A DNA stretch of 64,000 bases, from IMG/VR virus record IMGVR_UViG_3300003322_000571, positions 286,090 to 350,089 of that record, one strand, 5' to 3'. This document shows positions 19,419 through 27,909 of the stretch, one piece after another. Position 1 is the stretch's first letter; every line of letters begins with the position of its first letter. The position numbers were made by a program, and so were the translations under genes. The notes below the pieces were generated by a model, which made no database searches, had not been told where the DNA came from, and worked only from the letters and a program-made list of their open reading frames with translations.

Positions 19419-21116
19419 TTATTGACATGCGACGCATTCGTCTTTGTCTTTGGAAGCCTGAACACCAGCCTTACTGTACACGTAGTACAAACCAAGAATG
19501 TCGTCGTTCAGGATCGCTTCGCGGTGAACATCGTTGATGTACGATTCATCTTCACCAGCAGAGAAGAACACATTCAAACTCTGCCATTGATCGATGTATT
19601 TACCGCGCGTAGCTGCCATGCGAATAACTGCATGCTGATTGATTTCGAAAGCAGTTTTGAACACGTCTTTCTCGTGATCAGTCAGCCAGCTAACGCCCTG
19701 GACAGAGCCCATTGCATCGCGCACTTCTTCGATATTCTTCTTGTTGTACACGCCCTTCTTCTTCATCAAGTCGAGCAAGAACGGGTTGACACGGTCAACT
19801 TCACCGCCAGCTGTACGTTGTGTGAACACCATAGCCGTATCAGGATTGATACCTTCTGAGTAACCACCCATAATCAGAGCAGTACTCTTTGTCGGCGCAA
19901 CTGCCAGCAAGTGGCTATTTGCACGACCGTATCCCTTCAACCATTCTGGTTCGCCCCACCATTCAGCGAGCTTCTTCGTTGCGATCTCAGCTTCCGAGCG
20001 CATGTGCTTGAAGATTTCTGCGTTTAGCAGGCTGGCATCAAGCGACTCGAACGGCATCATTTCCTTTTGGAACAGCGAATGCAATCCAAGCAAACCAAGG
20101 CCGAGAGCACGTGACTTCTTCGTGAATGCAACAGCACGTTCAAGACCACGAATGTTCTTAGCACGTTCAATGAATTCCTGTGCGACAGCGTCAAGGAACA
20201 CAATACCGACTTGAACCAAGTCCGTATCCTTCCAGTCGTGGTAGAATACTGCATTGACGCTAGCGAGGACGCACGTATATGTGTAGTCTACGCTGGAATG
20301 CAATGTAATTTCGTTACACAGCTGGGCAGCCTTAACATCGAGTCCGTGGTCAAGATACCACTGAGGACGCTTTGCGTTGACCTTGTCAGGGAAGAAGAAG
20401 TAGCCCTTGCCGGTAACCATCTTCGTCTTCATCACTTTAGCGTAACGCTTCAGTGCTTCAGGATCGCGTGCCGTTAGACGTTCAATGAACTTGTTCGACA
20501 GGTTCCAACCAATGTTGTTACCGTCTGGGTTTTGTTCAAGATACGTGACTACTTCGTAGAAGTCACCGTGATCGATTGGTACGTAGCCAGCCCAAGAACC
20601 ACGACGTGCGGTACCTTGCGAAACATACTCCATGTCCTTCTGGAAACCTTCGATGATAGGAAGGATACCAGACGACTTGCCACCACCAAAGATTTCAGCA
20701 CCGCGAGGACGAACGTCACCAAGATATCCAGAAGTTCCAAAGCCATACTTCGTCAGCATAGCTGTTTCAAGTTTAGCTTGGTAGATTCCGTAGATTGAAT
20801 CGTCAACGTACGTACCAGCACACGAAACAGGCAAACCTCGCGTCGTACCAACGTTAGCGAGAACAGGAGTAGAAGGGCTGAGCCAACCTTTCCACATTAC
20901 GTCGAAGAACTTCTTCGTCCACAGTTCAGGATCCTTCGTATGCGTTGCCAAAGTACGTGCAATTCGCATGTATTGTTCGTACGGATTGGCAGCCTGGTAC
21001 AGGTACTTTTCTTTGAAAAGCTGCCACCCACCTGTACTCCACCATTCAGGCATTAGACCTTCTGCCTGTAGTTTCTTTCGCTCCTCCGAGAGCTGACGGT
21101 AAATGTTATCACTCAT
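19419..21116 (-). CDS. nrdA: ribonucleotide reductase class Ia alpha subunit (no ATP cone)
   Basis: SPSTPVL, VSC, QLCNEI, AVAPTKS, C-terminal CVACQ. Confidence 0.95.
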   Translation of the reverse strand: MSDNIYRQLSEERKKLQAEGLMPEWWSTGGWQLFKEKYLYQAANPYEQYMRIARTLATHTKDPELWTKKFFDVMWKGWLSPSTPVLANVGTTRGLPVSCAGTYVDDSIYGIYQAKLETAMLTKYGFGTSGYLGDVRPRGAEIFGGGKSSGILPIIEGFQKDMEYVSQGTARRGSWAGYVPIDHGDFYEVVTYLEQNPDGNNIGWNLSNKFIERLTARDPEALKRYAKVMKTKMVTGKGYFFFPDKVNAKRPQWYLDHGLDVKAAQLCNEITLHSSVDYTYTCVLASVNAVFYHDWKDTDLVQVGIVFLDAVAQEFIERAKNIRGLERAVAFTKKSRALGLGLLGLHSLFQKEMMPFESLDASLLNAEIFKHMRSEAEIATKKLAEWWGEPEWLKGYGRANSHLLAVAPTKSTALIMGGYSEGINPDTAMVFTQRTAGGEVDRVNPFLLDLMKKKGVYNKKNIEEVRDAMGSVQGVSWLTDHEKDVFKTAFEINQHAVIRMAATRGKYIDQWQSLNVFFSAGEDESYINDVHREAILNDDILGLYYVYSKAGVQASKDKDECVACQ

Positions 21117-21130
21117 TGTTGTTCTTGTTG

Positions 21131-22129
21131 TTAGAATGTGAACGCAGCTTCGTTCCAGTCGCGCTGGTATTGGTTACCTTGTGAGCTGAAGAAGTCTTGC
21201 ATCTGGTAGCCGTTGATTCCCTTGTAGAACCATTCAGCAATTGGGTTGTATTCAACCTTGTACAGGTTCTCGTAGCCGAGGTTACGGAGGCACAGGTTGA
21301 TACGTGATTGAACGAAGTGTTCGAGTTGGACTTCTGTGATCGAAGCAATCTTGCCCTTCTCGAACAGCTTTTTGATGATCTGTACTTCGTGCTCAAACAC
21401 CGTCTTAGCAGCAAGATAGATGTCAGCCTTCAGTGATTCTTGTTCTTCCTCAGACAAAAGTCCAAGTTCGATCAGTTCTTGCTTGAGTGTGCGGAATAGC
21501 CAACCTGCAGCTTCAGCATGGAGATTCTCGTCGCGCGATGAGAAATTAATGCCGCTGACGATGTTGAGGGCTTTGTTCTTACCTTGGCTCTGGAAGTGCT
21601 TGAGGAACGCGAAGCTGCTATACAAAATAGCACCCTCACCGAACGTGAATGCACCGAGAGCACGCAAGTCATCCTTGTTATCGAGGACAGAACGAAGGAA
21701 GTCAACACGGTCCTTTAGAACTGGATCGTTTGTGTATTCGTTATAGAAATCATCTGTTGCAAGGCCGAGTTCTTCGTTAATCTTCGAATAGAACTTAGCG
21801 TGTACTGCGAGTTCCATGGCAGCGAACAAAGCAGCCATAGGCTGAATGTCGGCAGCGCGGGGGAACTTCTTGAACACAAAGTTGAGCCAGAATTCATCAC
21901 CGATGATCTGTTCGTACTTCGTGAATAGTTTGAGCGTCGTAATCGTCGCGTGACGCTCTGCTTCCGTCATGTTGACGAGAATGTCTTGTTTGTCCTTGTG
22001 GACCTTCACTTCTTTCCATGGCCAGAACACAGCTGCTTGTTGATCAGCGTATTCGCATGCTTCTGGATAGTCGACGGTGAATGTTGCTTTTGGTTGTTGA
22101 ATCCTTGGGAGGATGGTTGAGGTAGTCAT
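21131..22129 (-). CDS. nrdB: ribonucleotide reductase class Ia beta subunit
   Basis: FWPWKE, ELAVHAKFY, GEGAILYSSF, SRDENLH. Confidence 0.95.
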   Translation of the reverse strand: MTTSTILPRIQQPKATFTVDYPEACEYADQQAAVFWPWKEVKVHKDKQDILVNMTEAERHATITTLKLFTKYEQIIGDEFWLNFVFKKFPRAADIQPMAALFAAMELAVHAKFYSKINEELGLATDDFYNEYTNDPVLKDRVDFLRSVLDNKDDLRALGAFTFGEGAILYSSFAFLKHFQSQGKNKALNIVSGINFSSRDENLHAEAAGWLFRTLKQELIELGLLSEEEQESLKADIYLAAKTVFEHEVQIIKKLFEKGKIASITEVQLEHFVQSRINLCLRNLGYENLYKVEYNPIAEWFYKGINGYQMQDFFSSQGNQYQRDWNEAAFTF

Positions 22130-22216
22130 GCTAACAGCGCAATCCTTGTAGTTATTTTTGTTTGGATCGCCGGAGGAACCGGGGACACTTGAGTGAAGAT
22201 AATTGAGGCGAGCGGC

Positions 22217-22224
22217 TATTTATA
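22217..22224 (-). promoter_or_regulatory. T4-type late promoter TATAAATA upstream of nrdB
   Basis: exact TATAAATA on minus strand. Confidence 0.6.
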
Positions 22225-22391
22225 ACCCGTCTTCAAGACCTCAAAAAAGGTTTAGTAACCCCTTGATCTTCAATGTGTCATTCTTATTGTTGTTCAATCT
22301 TACGTCAAAATTGAACAACCTAAAACAGGAAAGGCCGCACAAGGCGGCCTTTCGTTTATTAGTTGAGTTTCGCTCAACCGAATGTGTTTAA

Positions 22392-22745
22392 TTACTGAAC
22401 GGTTGGTGGTTCACGTTCCGCGAGATCAGCGATTGCTGATGCAACAAAACCTTGCAGCTCATCTTCAGTCAGCTCGTGGACAGCTGGTGGGTGTCCAGCT
22501 AGCACTTCACCATCAAGTCCGATAGAATACAGGCCACCGTCAGTAACTCTCTTCTTATCTTCTGACAAGTTAACGAGAACGAGATGTTGGAAAGTCAGTT
22601 CCGTGTAACGATCGCCTTCAGGCACGGTAAACACTTGACCTTCTTCGGCTACCTTGTTTTGTTCGTCAAGAGGGAAGCAAGCAAATGAGATGTCGTGTCC
22701 GGCTTGTGTCGGAATGCGAAAGATAATTGAGTTTACTTGTGTCAT
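22392..22745 (-). CDS. hypothetical protein
   Basis: 117 aa followed by hairpin at ~22330-22352. Confidence 0.7.
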   Translation of the reverse strand: MTQVNSIIFRIPTQAGHDISFACFPLDEQNKVAEEGQVFTVPEGDRYTELTFQHLVLVNLSEDKKRVTDGGLYSIGLDGEVLAGHPPAVHELTEDELQGFVASAIADLAEREPPTVQ

Positions 22746-22754
22746 ATTGTTTTC

Positions 22755-23285
22755 TTATTTGGTAGATTTGCTTGCCCAGTCAAGGTCTAAGTCTTCGCCG
22801 TATTCGTCTACGATTTTGATCTCACCTAGAAACTTCGTAACATCCGGCAATTCCTTTTCATCAAGGTCGCCAATATCATATGATAGCGTGATGTGTGGCA
22901 AATAGTCTGGGAAGTCGTAAGATGCGTTGTGCTCATCCATTAATGATTTGTGACGGTCACTTAGTTCAGTGCACTTGTACTTCAAAACGAGACATCGTTT
23001 CTCAGGTTCGTCACGGTTCTTCCCTTTTGTTGGCCATACATCTAGCTCAGACGGTGTTCCAATCCACGGAGGACTGATTTTGCCTTGAGCTGTGTAGTCT
23101 GGACAATATTTCCGACTATACAACAACGTTGTGTGCATCTTCCCAGGTGCCACACCGTTTGGAATGTTGTTTTCGTGGATATAGTCCTGCAATGCATCGA
23201 CAGTTGCTTTGTCGAATTTCACTGCTGCGTATGTTCCGCGTGTTTCTTCAGTTTGCTCTTTTTCGTATAGGTCAGACCACTTCAT
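22755..23285 (-). CDS. acb1: Acb1-like 2H phosphodiesterase (anti-CBASS; T4 gp57B-like)
   Basis: GTYAAV, MHTTLLYSRK and YLPHITLSY HxT motifs. Confidence 0.85.
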   Translation of the reverse strand: MKWSDLYEKEQTEETRGTYAAVKFDKATVDALQDYIHENNIPNGVAPGKMHTTLLYSRKYCPDYTAQGKISPPWIGTPSELDVWPTKGKNRDEPEKRCLVLKYKCTELSDRHKSLMDEHNASYDFPDYLPHITLSYDIGDLDEKELPDVTKFLGEIKIVDEYGEDLDLDWASKSTK

Positions 23286-23394
23286 TCCTTTATTCTTTCG
23301 TGGTGTTACTGACGTTTTTGTCAGTAAGGCCCTCGTTAAGAGTGTTGGGCACCACTAGATCAACCTCGTACGAGGTTGATCTATTTACGACTGT

Positions 23395-24477
23395 TTAGTT
23401 GTCAACTTCGAATCCCGTGAGGCCCTCTTTCAAGCCGTTTGGAATAACCTTTTGCCCCATCATCCAGTGTTGGGTCGTTTGAATATGATTAGCTCGGACG
23501 TATTTGCCAACCATTGATTTGAACTGACTGTAGTGGAAAGGCTCGTCAACGCGTATGACGTAGCCTTCAATTTCGCCACCAGCAGCTTTTCGTTCTTTCT
23601 CGAGTTTGGCGTAGATACTTTCGATCTTTTGACGATCATATTCACCCCAGTAAATGACTGGGCACGGTTTAATACCCAGCAACTGGAACCATTCCAGTTG
23701 TTGAGTCCAATCAAGCATCACATTCTTATCGTTCCATACGGCGAATCCGTATGCGTACGTTTCCAAATCTTCATACTTGATCGAATGCTTTGCGTACACG
23801 TTTTCAACGTTAATACGCCATCCTTCGGGAATATCTCCTTGAATCCGGCCGTGCAAGGCACGAACCCAGTTTCGAGAAGGATGCCCTCCAGATGTTACAC
23901 TACGTGCATGAATATGATCATTATACATCGTAGTGTTTTCACCATCAAGTTTCTCCATCACAACGACGCGTTTACCGTTGAAGACGTTAACATCAGGCAT
24001 CATCCGGTCGTCACTGTGCATACCAGGACTCCACGGCAGATGATACGTCCGTGGGTACTTGACATGTTGGACGAACAGTCCAAGAACACCGCCCTTGTCG
24101 AGGATCTTTTGAACACTTTCGTCTTCAAACAGGTCACCACGGAGACGAGTTCCGTTATCCATGATAATATTACCCCACTTGTCATACACTTGATCCTCGT
24201 ACAGATGAGGTGGCAAGACGGGTTTGGTAATACCAAGTAGTGCTCTGATATTTTCAACAGAGAACGTGTCATGAGTTGTCATTTCACATTCAAGATGATG
24301 TTCCTCGCAGACGGAAGCACCATTGTTCAAATAGTAGCCGCCGTCAGGGAAGAGTCGTCGTTCGAGAATGTGATGTGCATCGACTGCAGGTTTATCGCAG
24401 AAGATGCAAGTGTGTTTGTCACGTGCGAACACACCTTCGCGGAATTGATCCCGCGTAAGGAGTTTTGTTCCATCCAT
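23395..24477 (-). CDS. HNH-like domain fused to ATP-dependent RNA ligase (Rnl2-like)
   Basis: CIFC..DAHHILERR..NGASVCEEHH, then KYPRTYHLPWSPG, EKLDGEN, EGYVIR, KYVR. Confidence 0.8.
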   Translation of the reverse strand: MDGTKLLTRDQFREGVFARDKHTCIFCDKPAVDAHHILERRLFPDGGYYLNNGASVCEEHHLECEMTTHDTFSVENIRALLGITKPVLPPHLYEDQVYDKWGNIIMDNGTRLRGDLFEDESVQKILDKGGVLGLFVQHVKYPRTYHLPWSPGMHSDDRMMPDVNVFNGKRVVVMEKLDGENTTMYNDHIHARSVTSGGHPSRNWVRALHGRIQGDIPEGWRINVENVYAKHSIKYEDLETYAYGFAVWNDKNVMLDWTQQLEWFQLLGIKPCPVIYWGEYDRQKIESIYAKLEKERKAAGGEIEGYVIRVDEPFHYSQFKSMVGKYVRANHIQTTQHWMMGQKVIPNGLKEGLTGFEVDN

Positions 24478-24478
24478 T

Positions 24479-24691
24479 TTAGTAATCTCTATAGTCGTGC
24501 TCAGACGTACAGTTATTCTGTGCCTTAGCGTCGTTATATGCACAACTCCAAATTGAAGCAACTAGTACGCCGAGTATTACGAATGGCATGCTGTCTGACG
24601 CATAGACGCATACAGCAACGATCGCACCAATTATAATAGCCAGTACAATTAGATAAACTGTGGCTTGGACAGCAGCTTTTTTATCCATCAC
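24479..24691 (-). CDS. small two-TM membrane protein
   Basis: hydrophobic 70 aa ORF. Confidence 0.55.
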   Translation of the reverse strand: MMDKKAAVQATVYLIVLAIIIGAIVAVCVYASDSMPFVILGVLVASIWSCAYNDAKAQNNCTSEHDYRDY

Positions 24692-24900
24692 ATTTCATCC
24701 TCCAAATAGTGTCTTTAGTATTTCTTGTTAACCCAAATGCATACGTACGAAGATCCAGATTAATCCAAATACTGCTGCAAACATCAGTATAGCGAGTAAC
24801 CACGGATATAGAACAGTAAGCATTGCCACACCTATGATCAAGGTAGCAAGAAGTCCCATGATGCCAAGCGTAATCAGTGTCGTCCGCAGGATGATGTTCA

Positions 24901-25572
24901 TCACTTTCTCTTCCAGACAGTGAATTTCAGGTCAGGAGCACCTTCGTGCTTGAACTCCTGAGTAATATCAAAGTGCTTCAGCGTGTAGGCAATCGGAAAC
25001 TTACGATCGCCTTCAACGTCCTTGTTGACGACAGTGATGTACAGTGTGTCGCAATAAGCGATACCTTCACTGTAAATCCCTTCACCACCGCAAATAAACA
25101 CCGTTTTCGTTTCACGTTCCTCGAACGACAGATGCTTCTCCAATTCGCCAAGGTTGGCGATCGCAATAGCGTTGTCCTTTTCAAGCGGGCGAGACGTAAC
25201 AACGAAGCATTTACGTCCGGGAAGGACGCTCTTTGCAGCTTTGTCGCCGAGGTGATTTGTGATATCTTCGTACGTCGTGCGACCCATCACACAAATGTGA
25301 CCTTGAGTCTTACCTTGGAACCACTTGAAATCTTCAGGGTAATTCCACGGAATCTTGCCATCCTTAGCGAATGAACCAGCAAGGTCGACGGCAACAATTG
25401 CAGCGTACTTTGTCCGCGGCATATTGTTGATTTCGTTTTGTGTGACTTGTGCCCATCGTTGTGCGTCTTGCACCTTCCGTTGGAATTCAAGTTGTTCAGC
25501 GTGCACACGTTGCATGTACTCTTGGTACAACCGGTGCATTTCTGCTTCTTGTTGCTTTTGCTCGTCGTTCAT
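24901..25572 (-). CDS. folA: dihydrofolate reductase with ~50 aa N-terminal coiled-coil extension
   Basis: AIVAVD, GKIPWN.PEDFKWF, VMGRTTY, LPGRK, FICGGEGIY, GDRKFP. Confidence 0.92.
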   Translation of the reverse strand: MNDEQKQQEAEMHRLYQEYMQRVHAEQLEFQRKVQDAQRWAQVTQNEINNMPRTKYAAIVAVDLAGSFAKDGKIPWNYPEDFKWFQGKTQGHICVMGRTTYEDITNHLGDKAAKSVLPGRKCFVVTSRPLEKDNAIAIANLGELEKHLSFEERETKTVFICGGEGIYSEGIAYCDTLYITVVNKDVEGDRKFPIAYTLKHFDITQEFKHEGAPDLKFTVWKRK

Positions 25573-25817
25573 TTCTTTTTGGGCTTAAGGATTCGAACAG
25601 TTCCGGTTTTACCGTGGACGTTAACTTTGTACAGTTCGTACATTTCATTGAAATCGTTCCGCTTCAGCTGTTTTACTTCCAGCGTGAAGTTGCCGATCTC
25701 TTCAATGATTGCCTCACGCGACTTGCCTGCAGCAATCAGTTCACGTTTACGGCCTTCAACAATCACGCTGTACATGCTGCTGACGCCTTCGCCATAAACC
25801 ATCATTTCGAACACCAT
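25569..25817 (-). CDS. hypothetical protein
   Basis: 3' part of ORF 25569..26030; translationally coupled to folA. Confidence 0.55.
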   Translation of the reverse strand: MVFEMMVYGEGVSSMYSVIVEGRKRELIAAGKSREAIIEEIGNFTLEVKQLKRNDFNEMYELYKVNVHGKTGTVRILKPKKK

Positions 25818-25872
25818 CAGTGAATTGATCTTGACGTGATTTTCGTCGAACAAAGCAACCGAATCAACAAAT

Positions 25873-25898
25873 AAAAAAGGGGCCACGAAGGCCCCTTT
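25873..25898 (-). terminator. intrinsic terminator
   Basis: AAAGGGGCC-TTCGT-GGCCCCTTTTTT on minus strand. Confidence 0.8.
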
Positions 25899-25921
25899 GA
25901 TGAACAGGCAACAGTTGATGA

Positions 25922-26473
25922 TCAGTTCGCCTCGAACACGTACGGGTTCGGGTTGTCGCTGCTTGACCAAGACGCGTAGTCGAGGACGAACATCCAGTTG
26001 ATCTGGTACGGAACGCCGTTGTACGACCACACGACACCTTCCCAGTGACCACTCGTGGTGATCTGCATATTGCTGCCTCCCGGCGAGCGTTGAATACCAG
26101 ACGAACCACCACTGCCAGACTTGCCTGCGGCACTGACATTGATGTAGTTCTTTCCGGTCGACCAGTAGTTGTCAGTCGACACACCAACGGCACCACGGAA
26201 CGCTTCCCAGCGATACGTGTACACGCTGTCGTACTTCACTTGATAGCAGTAGTGGCCGTTGCAGACGTCAACGACGTCGTTGTTGCTCGGCTGGAAGTTC
26301 GACGGGAACGTATCGTTCGCGAACTTCACGAGTGCGTCGATTTGTGCGTTGGTGATCCCCGACGACGGGATCGTGCACTCAGGACACCACAGCGCGCCGA
26401 TGGCGGCTGCGTTTGCGAAAGGAGCCGAGGCGACGAACGCCAAGGCTGCCAGGAACTTGATGACAGCTTTCAT
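25922..26473 (-). CDS. secreted Cys-containing hypothetical protein
   Basis: Sec signal MKAVIKFLAALAFVASAPFANA; GGAG RBS. Confidence 0.75.
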   Translation of the reverse strand: MKAVIKFLAALAFVASAPFANAAAIGALWCPECTIPSSGITNAQIDALVKFANDTFPSNFQPSNNDVVDVCNGHYCYQVKYDSVYTYRWEAFRGAVGVSTDNYWSTGKNYINVSAAGKSGSGGSSGIQRSPGGSNMQITTSGHWEGVVWSYNGVPYQINWMFVLDYASWSSSDNPNPYVFEAN

Positions 26474-26503
26474 GTTTCTCTCCGAAAAAAGTATGGTTTA
26501 ACG

Positions 26504-27334
26504 TTATTGCTTCTGGGTCAGGCGACCCAGAGCCTTGCCATCGCGAACTGCCTGTTCAATTTGCTCGCGACTCAAGCTCTGTTCAGAGGACTTGATCAAC
26601 CCGACCATTGCGCCCTCCAGTTGTACTTGGTTCCTCGGTGACGACAGACGCGATGCTTCGATCGACGCAATCTTGTACGTGAGGAAGTCTTGGTAACGAC
26701 CAGGCTCCTGATACAGGATGCCTGCAGCGATCTGAATCGCATCGATGTCGCCATGATTGGCGGAATCGGTCAGCAGCGACAACGCTTCTTGGTACCATTG
26801 CTGGTAATTCGGATCTTTGCGTGCTTTGTTGAGCGTCGTGCCGTCAGCAGTCTCACCGATATACAGTTGTGCTGCTCCGGGATAACGGCTCTTTGCCAAG
26901 GCAGCGATCACGTTGAAACGCTGACTCATTTGGACGTTCGTCACGCCATCGCACGTCGCTTGCATCTCTTGATACAGCGAACCGGCTTGTGCGGGAAGCG
27001 TCTTTGCCAGGTCTGCAACGTCGCGTTGTGCACGGACGCACTTGAGAACCGCCTTATAACCGTCTAAACGGTCAGCTGGGTTCGAGGACACAAGCAGACG
27101 ATCGATCATCTGCGTGCGCGTTTCTTGAATGGGAGAGGAAGGGGTGGGTTGGGAAGAGGCCTGTTGAGCAACAGGGACTTCTGGCAACGGATCAGAACTG
27201 AGGCGAGCCCAGGGCGAGCTCGCACTTTCCGTCACCTTGATTTGTTCGTTTTCGACAGACGATACGAACCAGGATCCGCCAGACACGGCGAGGATGATGG
27301 CAATGGCTGCCATCCATTGTTTAGATCGTTGCAT
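26504..27334 (-). CDS. membrane-anchored helical (Sel1-like) hypothetical protein
   Basis: N-terminal TM, Pro/Ser linker, ..A..GD..A.. helical repeats. Confidence 0.7.
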   Translation of the reverse strand: MQRSKQWMAAIAIILAVSGGSWFVSSVENEQIKVTESASSPWARLSSDPLPEVPVAQQASSQPTPSSPIQETRTQMIDRLLVSSNPADRLDGYKAVLKCVRAQRDVADLAKTLPAQAGSLYQEMQATCDGVTNVQMSQRFNVIAALAKSRYPGAAQLYIGETADGTTLNKARKDPNYQQWYQEALSLLTDSANHGDIDAIQIAAGILYQEPGRYQDFLTYKIASIEASRLSSPRNQVQLEGAMVGLIKSSEQSLSREQIEQAVRDGKALGRLTQKQ

Positions 27335-27468
27335 GTTTCCACCTAGAAGTTAAAAACTGGTAGGGAGAATAGCTTGACCCGTACTAGCGACAGCCATTTC
27401 CATAACTGCTTATATTTGAAGCAGTTTGAGGATAATAGATACTGATCAGTATCTTTTCAACAGGGCAA

Positions 27469-27909
27469 TTACAAAATATCGCCGACACCGTCTGGTAGAA
27501 GAGGGAGTAGATCGGACATTAAAGCAGTTTGGAATGCTTCAGATCTTGCAGCAAGAGCGACATCAACGAAAACACGATTGAATGTCGCTCCGCATAACGT
27601 ACTTTTCATTTGTTGGACGCTTCTGCAGATTAAGCGTTGGTTCATTTCACCAAAATACGCCGTATCATACGTCCTTTGCGTCGGAGTGATTCCACATTCT
27701 GAAAGCCGTTTCAGAATTCGGCTGAGCGTTTGCTCACCGATTGCGCGTGTCTCAGCAATGTACAGATAAGTGTTGCCGTAGTCGCCAAGTAGAATCTCTC
27801 CAACGATCAATTCAACGTAAGCAGAGGTAATCTCGGCTGACCTGCGCAGCCGAGGTGCTTTGTTGATGATCAGTTCAACCGCATTGTGTAGTTTGTCGAT
27901 GTCAGTCAC
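27469..27909 (-). CDS. hypothetical protein
   Basis: 146 aa coupled to ligA. Confidence 0.65.
   Translation of the reverse strand: MTDIDKLHNAVELIINKAPRLRRSAEITSAYVELIVGEILLGDYGNTYLYIAETRAIGEQTLSRILKRLSECGITPTQRTYDTAYFGEMNQRLICRSVQQMKSTLCGATFNRVFVDVALAARSEAFQTALMSDLLPLLPDGVGDIL

Noticed and set aside
25818-26030. N-terminal extension of ORF 25569..26030
   Set aside because: It runs through a terminator and the end of the upstream gene; the real start is near 25817.
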